From NCBI RefSeq assembly GCF_009914755.1, contig NC_060931.1: 64,000 nucleotides of DNA, one strand, 5' to 3'. Each line of letters begins with the position of its first letter. Positions within the stretch are counted from its first letter, which is position 1. The notes under the pieces are model-generated. The model did not search any database. It saw only the letters and a list, made by a program, of their open reading frames with translations, and was not told the origin of the DNA. Positions 47,661-64,000 of this stretch are shown piece by piece. Origin of the DNA: the human T2T-CHM13v2.0 reference genome, Homo sapiens. Both the position numbers and the translations under genes were made by a program.

Positions 47661-50600
47661 CAACAACTGGTGAACCATAACTGCCTGTCTGGAATATTGT
47701 TAGCGTTCTACCTCAAACCAAGCCAAGTACCTGGCATCAGCACCAACCATCAGTGGAGTTGAAATTAAAAAGAAGCTTGTGTTATAAACTAGTGCTCATG
47801 AATTTTGGTCCAGTTACTGCCAAAATAGAAAGGGTTATTATTTGTATAGTACATTGTGTGGATGGAAAGAGCTGAATACCGCTAGAACAGATTAAACAGA
47901 TTAGCCCGTGAGCTGTGACCAGAGGCTACACCTGATCCTACAGAACCCAAGAGATCCAGTCAGCACCATGTCACAACCCATGCTCCATACATGAGCTTTT
48001 CAAGATATAATTGTAGGGCAGACTGCAGTAGTGGATTCATGTGCCCATGTCCCTGGGTAAGGCTCTTTCTTCTCTGGATTTTGAAAGTTCCTTCTACAAG
48101 ATGTAGATGCCTCATCCATCCTGTTTACTAAGATCATAGCAATTTCCCTCCTCTGGGAGGAATCACCTTCCTTCCTTTGTGTTTTGCCAGACACTGAGGA
48201 ATGAAAGCCTTCAGCAAAAGTATTACCTTGCTTGGGTTTCAATTGTAAGAATTTGGGAGAAATCAGCCAGACCTGAAATGTCTTCACATTTCATGGATTT
48301 CCAGTGTTGCCAACTTGTCTCAGTACAATCCAGCAGTTCAGAGTGCGGGAGACTCTATTACGTGTGACCTAGTGACTCAAGATCCTTCCATCATTTGAAT
48401 CTATCATCTTCAGCAATGGCTGTGTGAATCTCAGAGTGACCTGGGGATAGTTTCCGAACCACCTAGCCATCTTCAGATTTGGGGCTGCATTTGGGGAGGG
48501 AGCAATTTTATTTTCTTTCTTTCAGTCACAGTCCCCAGTCCCTTTTGGCCTACACTTGAGACTTTGCTATAAACAACTCCATTCACTTTTTTGCCACGAA
48601 CAACTCCATTCTGCTTTTTCCTTGGAAAGAAAAGGGCTCTTCTTTTGTTTTTCTTCTTTTGTTTGTAATACACTTTATATTTTAAATCCATAACTATTTT
48701 AAAAAATTAAAAAACAAAAACTTTGTTCAGGCCAAAGAAACACCACTATAAGACAACTGCCAATCAGCAACTTCTGCTGAAGAGGTTCTAGATGAGGGAA
48801 TGGAGGATCAGAAATCTTCATGACTTCAGTAAGTCTGGCATAGTTTCTGTGACCTCAGTGTCCAAATGATAGTTCAATAATACAGCGATTTCTGATTTGA
48901 GATGTCTGATCTGATTGTGCAGAAATTAAGAGCTTAGACTTGATGGCTGGGAGGACCTTTCCAGAGTCTTAGTTGTAGGTCCCAATGTGTCTTTGCTCCC
49001 TTATTTCTAACATAAGGGTATAAATATATATGTCTTAGGGTTATGGTGAGGGTGAAATGGGATAGCGAATGAAAACCACTATCCCCATTCCTGCATGTAG
49101 TAATCACTTGATAAATTGAGCTATTACTAAATTTTAGATAGGAATGAAAATTTAAATGTGAGCTAGTGGGAAAAGAAAGTACAGGCCTAATCAGCTTCAT
49201 TGGATAAGCATGACTAGGCACTGCATGCTTTTCTCCATGGGCCTAAAGAAGAAACCTCTCCAGTTTTATAGCATGAATCAGAAATATGTGCTTCGGCATT
49301 ATTTTGCAATAAATACAAATAAACAAACAAGCCCATGGATTTACATAGATCTTTCAAAAGAGGGGTGGAATAAGACTGTAGCTCTTGTTAACAACATTGT
49401 TAACACTGAACATCCAAGTGCACAAGTCATACAGGAGAGTGTCTTTGTCAGTTGACAAGTGAAACATTACACATCTCGGTTCATCCAGAAAGTTTGATGT
49501 TTGCCTCATGTAGTAGAAACTGCAGAGGTGGGCTCCCCATAGATGAAGCCTGACAAGGATTAGTTGGAAGGGACAGTGCCCCTATCATCCCTGCCCACAC
49601 ATCCTTAACTGTCTTATCTCCAGTGCTTGATTGTCCATGAAAATGACCGTGATTCTCAGAAGGTGTTCCTGCTACCTTCGGTCTCAGTGAGAAAGGTGGG
49701 AGGGAGAAGACTTTAATGTTGCAACAGCAGCATCCTTCTTTCTCTGCAGCATTCACAGGATTTTAGAAATGAAAGGAGCAACTTGACTCTATCCAACTTG
49801 TGTAATCAGTCACCACTTATATGATGATGTTTCCAGAGCTCTCAGCTCAAACCTCTCTCCTAACTTCATACTTGTAGATTGAAATTCTTATTGAAGAGCT
49901 GCCCCCTGGTCTCTCAGACCACAATATGTCCAACCCTGGGCATATGTCCAACCCTGCACCATTCACACACCTGCTTGAAAAACTTCCCTTCATAATTTTC
50001 TATTGCAGGAATAATTCCCTCATTTCTCTTAAACTGGAAACCTTCAAGTCATCCTTGCCTCTTTTCATTGCAGCTCTCACTGTCTGGCAGTCCCCAAAAC
50101 CTCTGTGCTCCCTTAACATCATTCAATTCCATTCATTTTCTTCCCTTCTGATACTGCATGGTTAGGCCACCATAGCCTCTCATCTAGTTTACAAACAGTC
50201 TAAATTATTTTCTTGCTTTTGCCCACATTCCTGTTGAAAAGCTGCTAATTCATCCCCATTGCCCTTTGCATAAGCCCCATGCCCAAAAACTACAAGACTC
50301 TTCAGAGTGGTCCCATCTCCATTTTTGTCATTTTTTCCCACAAGAATATACCACTTTTCCCACACTCAACAACTTTCAGTTATCTAATCTGGTCAAGCTC
50401 TTCCTCATATTTTTATATAGTGCTTCCCAGGCCAGAAGGCTTTCTGTTCCTTACCTTTTACCTGACTATCACCTACTCAGGCTTAACTCTCGGCTGACAT
50501 ATTAGTTTTTCCAGTGTTTTCTTGACCCACCAACAAGGACTCCCATAGCACCATATACCTAACATTTTCAGCTCTTACCTCTAACGACTGCATGAAAATT

Positions 50601-50960
50601 CCCCATTTCCCCGTGTCTTTACTCCACTGAATAATGAGAGGTCCTTGAAGATAAAGATTATGTTTAGTCAAGATGTTATTCCCAGGGAATGGCTCAGTAA
50701 CTGAGTCATTGATGACCCTAAAAAAAAAATTGGTCTGATAAAGTTGAATCTGCTAAAACTCTGAATTGTGTTGATAAGGAATACAAAGGTGTGAATGGAT
50801 ACAGTTATTCAGTAGGTTGTAGTGGAGTTAGAAATAAGGCCCATGATTGGTCCTAGTAGATAGAGTTGCTTCTGCAACCCCCTAAGCTGAGAGACCAAGC
50901 TTAAAAACTCAGCCACTTTGTTCTCCAATTTTTTCTCTCAAATGTTTAAAACAAACAAGA

Positions 50961-51117
50961 GTTGGTAGTGATGAATACATTTATGAAATAGATTTTGGTC
51001 ATGGTTTCACAAATGTATACATACCTCCAAATTAATCAAGTCATATACATTTTTTTAAAATCCAGCTTTTTGCCTGCTAATCATAAGTCATACATCAACA
51101 AAATGGCTTTGAAAAAG
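50961..51117 (+). mobile_element. L1M 3'-end fragment
   Basis: gattttggtcatggtttcacaaatgtatacatacctccaaattaatcaagt. Confidence 0.65.
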
Positions 51118-51849
51118 GAGAAAAGCTAAGTTGATATACAGTTATTGCCAAATGGCTCTATCAATTAAAAAATAATAATTAAACAAGTTCCAAGAATTTG
51201 TCTATTGTTTTTCAACTCACACTACAATCTATTGCATATTAAACTTGCTTAGCAGGACACAACTCAGTGGTATTATGTCTATACTACAGAATATCAGATG
51301 CTAAAAAGGTACTATAGACCATCCACCTTAATCCATTCACTTGACAGTTTAGAGAATTGTGATTCATTCATACTTCTTTCTGTAACTACAATGTATTGCA
51401 CTGTGAGGTCAAATGTATCAGATGTCCTCATACTGCTGTTTCTTTGTTTATCCTATTTCTTCTTCCTAAGATACCTTTCCCAGGATTTCTTACTGACAAG
51501 ACCATTTAATGAAACAACAGAAATAAATCCAGTGTTGAAGAAGTTATAAATTCCATGCCAAAAGAAGTGGTCTCCACAGAGTCACATTCATTGCTCTCTA
51601 TGCCCCCTTATTGTTGGACCCATTAATCTTCATTCATGCTTGCACGGTGATTGCCAAGCTGTATTTTAATAAACTTTAACATGACTCTCTCCAACATAAA
51701 AAATGATTTATTTCTTGCAAATATATAAAAGTAATACTGACAGCTTGTGTTCAAAAAGAAATACTGTTGAACAGACAGTCCTAGAGCTACAAAGCAAATA
51801 TGGCACTTTTATAAGTATTAATCTCAGTTGCACTCTGCTAAGTAAAACT

Positions 51850-52140
51850 AGATAGACTTAAATGGCTACGTGCTGTTTGATTCTATTTCTGTGTCACTGT
51901 TGCGATGGCAATACTATCGGGTCAGAGAACAGATGATTAGTTGCCAGAAGCTGGGAGTAGGAGATATGTTGAGTCCAAATGGGCAAAGAGGGACATTTTG
52001 GGGTAATATATGTGTATCTTTTTTGCACAGTTAAGTACACACTGTTTATGTTTATGAACACTCTCAGAACTGTATACCAAGAGGATATATTTATTGTATG
52101 AAAATTATTGTATGTTAAAAGAAAAAAACAAAAATAAATA
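51850..52140 (+). mobile_element. L1ME 3'-end fragment
   Basis: gagaacagatgattagttgccag...gggcaaagagggacattttgggg...ctcagaactgtatac, A-rich end. Confidence 0.65.
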
Positions 52141-52711
52141 GACAGCAGCCACATTGATGATTCATACCCATAAACCAGAATCTTACTTCTGCTTAAACTA
52201 TCCAGCCCTGCAAGGGTGAGGGCATTGGAGAAATTTGCTACCAATACTCTTTCTTTTGACTATGTTGCTGTAACAGAGAGATCTCTGTGGACTCAAATAG
52301 GCATTGTATAATTCTGCTTTACTTCTAGTTATGTACGTAGGTAATAATCTATGACATGAAAAGGTTTATGTAAAAAAATCTAACTCACAAATAACTTTAT
52401 TCTTAAATCTCAGACTATAAAAAATATATCCCAAATCTCTAGAGATATAGACTAAATAAATGGTAAATTCTGAGATAACACATAACTCTAAAATTTGAGA
52501 CACTCACAGAATTAAGTAAAATTAGAGAGGAGCAACTGAAATGTCAGTATGTTATTTACCATCTGAAATAGCGAAGTGAGAAATGTAGTACCATGCTTTT
52601 ATTTCTAATGAGTCTACAAAAGAACAGAAATAGGGGAGGACACTAAAAAAAGAAATATATTGCTACTATAATAAAATAATATAAAAATGTGAATATTCTA
52701 TAAATATATCT

Positions 52712-52743
52712 GTGTGTGTGTGTGTGTGTGTGCAGGTGTGTGT
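52712..52743. repeat. (TG)n microsatellite
   Basis: tgtgtg run of ~10 units plus an interrupted extension. Confidence 0.9.
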
Positions 52744-53479
52744 TTGACATAGGAGTTTGTGGAACACAGAAGAGTGCTTGGTTTTTGTGGACATGTTGCT
52801 TTAGTATTTTCTAGGTGCTGAGAACTCTATTTAGTGACCAGCCTTCGTCAGGGTGTGGGGCTCTGCTCTTCTTGTCTTGCTCATCATGGATGTGTATATC
52901 CCCTAAGTCTAGGCAGAAATACAATATCACCTTTGAGTAATGTATCCAGTGCCCCACTTGCTGCTACTTTATAGTCATGTGGGGCACTGGATACATTACT
53001 ATAAGGTGATATTATTATGTTTCTGTCTAGACTTACCCTACATTCACTCTTTAAAACACTCTGACCATATATCTATCTTTTTCTTCCTCTTTAATTCTAA
53101 AGGAATCTGCTTCAGGTATGCCCATGTGTCTTTGGGTTTGTGTCAGGTGACAGACAAAGGGGGATTTACTGTTCTCATCATCTTTCTCTCAAAAGTATTT
53201 TTATTTGCCCTCCAATTTTTCTGTCTCATCCAGGATTTAAAATTTCCAAAGTAAAGAGCCAGAATATACTTTAAAAAAGTCTGTTCTCATTCTTTTAATA
53301 GCCATTTTATCAGGGATTATACAAACAGCCTAAAGAAAGGAAAGATAGGGAGAAAAGAAAACAAAAATAGACTAGATTATCAAAATATTGTATTTTTAGA
53401 ATTATGACAAAATGTCTAAAAACAAGCCTAAAAATAAATGTATGGTACATGAAGAAAATTCTAATGAATATAGAAAAGT

Positions 53480-53929
53480 CTTAATATAATTTTTTATTTG
53501 TATTTATTATAATATAAAATAATATAAATAATATATAATTATATAATAAATAAGTAATTATTTGTTTATTCAATACATATATTTGAATATTATAATATTC
53601 TATATTATATTATGTTACAATACATATTTTTGAATATTATAATATTCCATATTATACTATAATATATTACAATACATATTTGAATATTTCAACAAATATA
53701 TAAACATATCCATTTGAACAATATATAAATATATTACATATTGTGTATCACATATTATGTATTATTATAATATATTATATTATGTATTATATTATATTAT
53801 GTATTATGATGTATAATATATAACATATAATTATAATTATGATATGTATTATAATATATAAAATATGCAAATGTGTATTATAAATATAAATACATGCACA
53901 TGTAAATATAAATGCATGTACAAAAATAA

Positions 53930-53930
<1 letters not shown>
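53480..53930. repeat. AT-rich low-complexity degenerate (TA/TATAA)n tract
   Basis: Almost pure A/T with imperfect ~45-bp internal repeats (atacatatttgaatattataatattc). Confidence 0.85.
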
Positions 53931-60416
<6,486 letters not shown>

Positions 60417-60559
60417 CCTTAGGTACATTCAAGGAACTTAAAGAATAGAGAATAGATATACTTTTAGACATGTTACATAGTATTAAGATATGCACTTATT
60501 TAATATTTATTTTCTTTGGATACATATCTAGAATTATTGGGTCCAAGGTATGCCCTTAT

Positions 60560-61040
60560 TTTTAGAACACATGCTTAGAATAATTATAGATATACAGATA
60601 CATTGTAAAGTTAAGACAAAGTAGTCCTGTACACCCCACACCCAGTTTCCTCTATTATTAGTGTCTTACATTAGTATGGTGCATATGCCCCAATTTATAA
60701 ACCAATATTGACACATTATTATGAACAATAGTAGATATATTGTTCATATTTTATTTGTTATAATCTATAATGTCCTTTGTCTGTTAGAAGATTCTATCTG
60801 GGTTACCACATTATATTTACATTACATTTTTTCTTCATGTCTCCTTAAGCTTCTCTTAGCTGTGATAGTTTCTCAGCTTTTTTTTCCCTTGTTTTGTTTT
60901 TATTTTTGTTTTGAAGACTCTACCAGTTTTGTCGCGTACTGGTCAGGTATTTTTTAGAATATCTCTCAGTTGGGATTTATTTGATGGTTTTCTCATGATT
61001 AGATTGGAATCATGGGTTTGGGAGAAAAAGATTCCATAGG
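60560..61040 (-). mobile_element. L1MC/MD 3'-end fragment
   Basis: cacccagtttcctctattattagtgtcttacattagtatggt; tactggtcaggtattttttagaatatctctcagttggg. Confidence 0.65.
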
Positions 61041-61042
61041 CA

Positions 61043-61084
61043 CAGCTTGGGCGACAGAGAGAGACTCTGTCTCAAAAAAAAAAA
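61043..61084 (+). mobile_element. Severely truncated Alu 3' end
   Basis: cagcttgggcgacagagagagactctgtctc(a)n flanked by tccatag repeats. Confidence 0.75.
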
Positions 61085-61515
61085 TCCATAGACAAAGAGA
61101 AACAGATGCTTTATTGTACTTAAGTAAAGTCCTGGAAGTTGTGATATTTTTGGCATTAGGATATTAAATTTTATGCATATATATATATATAAGGTATCAT
61201 ATAAAGAAGAAAGAACACATTATCAGTTTCAATCAACTTTGAATCAAATTTGGAATCTTATACTTTACAACCTGGATAATTTTGGACATGTTATTAATAG
61301 TTCACAACCTTTTCTTCTGGATTTTTGAAATAAGGCTCATAGTCCAATGACTATCTAGCTAGAGAGGCTTTCAAGATTCTCTAATTTATTGCCACATTCA
61401 CTTTGTGACATCCCAATTGTTTTAAACCCATTGACACTGGTTGCATCTGATTGGACCAGGAATCCTCAACTGGTTCATGTGAAGAGACCTGGCACCACAA
61501 TTCTGCCCCATGGCA

Positions 61516-61711
61516 TGTATTAGTCAGCTCAGGCTGCCATAGCAATATGCCATCACCTGGGTGGCTTAAGCAACAAAAACATATGTTCTCCCAGTTCTGG
61601 AGGCTAGAAGTTCAAGATCAAGGCGCTGACATGGTTGGGTTCTTTGCAAGGCTCTCTTTCTGACTTCCAGAAGGCCACTTTCTTCTATGTCCTCATATGG
61701 CAGAGATTCAT

Positions 61712-61745
<34 letters not shown>

Positions 61746-61922
61746 CCTCCCTCTCTCTCCCTTCCTCTTCTTATGAGGCCTGTTCTGTCAGCTTAGGGTC
61801 CCACCCTTATTTCACTCACCTAACCTTAATTACCTGCTAAAGACTCTACTTCAGGTATAGTAACACTGGGGGTTAGGGCTTCAACTTATGAATTTTGGAG
61901 GAACACAGTTCAGTTCATAGCA
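61516..61922 (-). mobile_element. MLT1A-like solo LTR
   Basis: tgtattagtcagctcaggctgccatagc...ttctggaggctagaagttcaagatcaagg...cagttcatagca. Confidence 0.88.
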
Positions 61923-62084
61923 GGCAGTTCCAAGACAGATTCTGATTCTCTAAACCCATTACCTCCTCACCTTTGAATTATTTGAATTCAAAAAATGAAA
62001 AGTCAGCTGATTGAGGGATTAGTTTCAGCCAGGTCACTATTGCACTGAGAGCTACAGCATTATACTAAAGAAGAAACAATATGA

Positions 62085-62355
62085 GGCAGTTCTGTGCAGT
62101 GGTTAAGGCCACTTAACCTGGATTCAAAACGACTTGTTTTGAAAATTGGCTCTGCCACTTACCAACTAGGTAATTCTGGGCAAGTTACTTAACTTGTCTT
62201 TGCCTCTCTATTTCTGTAAAATAGGGATAATAATAGTATTGCCTCATAATGTTATTGTGTGGATGAAATAGACAACATATGTGCAGCTTTAGCAAACCTG
62301 GCATGTAAAATGTGCTCAATAAAGAGTTGAGGCTTTTGTTATTGTTAGTATTGTT
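62085..62355 (+). mobile_element. MIR (part of duplicated block A')
   Basis: tgtgcagtggttaag...ggctctgccacttacc...ctgggcaagttacttaac. Confidence 0.8.
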
Positions 62356-63034
62356 ATTCCTCACGTGGTCTATCAATGGACTCTCATTAACCGAGCAAAT
62401 TCATTTAGTGCAGCCAGAAATGAATTACACATTACTCTGTGAAATGGTCATGGAGTAAAAAACTGCCTATGGCCTTTGTATACCACCCTTTCTCTTGTTT
62501 TTTGTTTTTTGTTTTTCTGGTTAACTCTTCTTCACCCACTAAGAGTTATCTAATATATCACATCTAGCAAACTTACCTGTCCTCAATGGCTTCCATGGCT
62601 TCCTAATTTCAGTATTAAGAACTGAGGCTCTTGACATTGTTTGTGTTAGTTTTAACGTGACTTTAAGCATGTTACACAAAGTATCCAAGCACCAATTTCT
62701 CCTTCAGAAAATGGGAATAATACACAATTGTCTGTCACTGAGGCAGTATAAAATTTAAATAAATAATGTACATACAATAATGAGCATGATGCCTAGTGAG
62801 TACTCAATAATTAACAGAGATTCTTAGATTAGATACTAATCTTGCTGTGTCATTATTACCTGCACAATGATTGAAATATTCTATTCATTTGTTTGTGACA
62901 CAGTAAATATGTGAATTAGAATATAAGATCTAAGATGGCAAACTACATCATCTTAGCCAAGGATCTCTAAATCTTAACTTCCCCAATTGAGCTAGAAGCA
63001 TTTTGCTCTATAGGTTCTGCCTAGCTTTTGCTCT

Positions 63035-63250
63035 AGGCTTGTCATTTTTTTCTATAAATGGTCACACAGTAAACATTTTTGGTGTTACTAGCCAGTCTTT
63101 TGCACAGAATATTTCTCTCTGCAATGTGAAGCCAAAGCAGCTATAGGCAATCTGTGACCAAATGGGTACAGCTGTGTTCCAATACAACCTTATTTACATA
63201 CATAGAACACTGTTGTATTTGGCATGCCAGCCATAGTTTGCTGACAGATT
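63035..63250. mobile_element. MER58A-like hAT element (part of duplicated block A')
   Basis: ttttttctataaatggtcacacagtaaacatttt...gctgtgttccaatacaac...gccatagtttgctgac. Confidence 0.72.
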
Positions 63251-63911
63251 CCTTGCAGATTACACTATAATTATCTATGACTGTTTTCCCTCATTTTCAA
63301 CTATATGATCTTATTTTTCACTATGTTGAAACTCCTGCCACATCTCTATTTTAGAACTTCTGTGTGTTCTAATCTGTACAATAATAAACCAGAGTAATAT
63401 AATATTCCAATTATAACTGAATGAAAAATGAGTTTTTGTTAGAACTGGAGATACCTTCTCAGTGATTTTGAAGATTTTTTAATATAAAAAAATTCCAAGA
63501 AAAGTGGGTCTCCTCATTTTGGTGAAGATGGAATGAGAGTCCTGGAGCCCCACCCCCAGATTCTGGGACAGCTGCCAACTGGCAATCATACCCAGTAAGT
63601 AGGGCTGACTTAGCCCAAGAAGGTATTTCCCGGTTAAAAAAAACAGGCAATTATGTGAAACTAATAGAGCTTAGAATCTTTGAAGAATCTGATGGTGCAT
63701 TGCCCTTGCCTACACTTCTCTGGCCTGGCAGTCCTCATAGTTTATTTCCTACATGTAGTTGTGTCATTTTGTCAGTAAAGCAGCACTTGGCACCATTAAA
63801 ACCAAAATGTTAAATTTATTTTATACCAGATATAATGTTAATTTTGTACATAAAACTCTACTTTGCAAACTGAGATTCAATAGTAACATCCTATTCAAAA
63901 AAACATGCTTT

Positions 63912-64000
63912 GGCTGGGCGCGGTGCCTCACGCCTATAATCCCAACATTTTCGGAAGCCCAGGCAGATGGATCACCTGAGGCCAGGAGTTCAAGACCAGC
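63912..64000 (+). mobile_element. Alu 5' part (runs off the window)
   Basis: ggctgggcgcggtgcctcacgcctataatccc...gagttcaagaccagc. Confidence 0.92.

Noticed and set aside
49924-49956. 18-bp tandem duplication atatgtccaaccctg
   Set aside because: A small slippage event within an L2 remnant with no sign of function.
52940-53254. 104-aa ORF
   Set aside because: No homology or splice context recognised; a plausible chance ORF.

Overview
Primate (very probably human) genomic DNA; the gene identity points to 7p21.3. The left 11 kb holds the 5' end of VWDE on the minus strand: coding exon 1 at 10554-10611 in a CpG island, exon 2 at 493-677, and a repeat-filled intron 1. The remaining ~53 kb is upstream intergenic DNA dense in L1, Alu, LTR, MIR/L2 and DNA-transposon relics. 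It includes a full-length L1PA7-like element and a complete MST (LTR-internal-LTR) element. Two things are not explained by ordinary repeats. (1) There is an old, heavily diverged processed copy of cTAGE5/MIA2 at ~45.7-47.7 kb (minus strand). It appears to derive from an exon-skipped isoform and lacks the proline-rich C-terminal domain, and a second copy of part of its 3'UTR lies nearby. (2) There are remnants of an ancient local tandem duplication array: block A 25.0-26.9k/61.1-63.4k, block B 28.3-28.7k/49.0-49.5k, and block C 11.0-11.35k/42.9-44.4k/49.5-51.2k. One copy of block C is the VWDE promoter-proximal flank, and another lies just 5' of the retrocopy. Repeat subfamily names and reference protein/cDNA comparisons come from my recall of consensus sequences and were aligned by eye, so boundaries are approximate unless a TSD is quoted.
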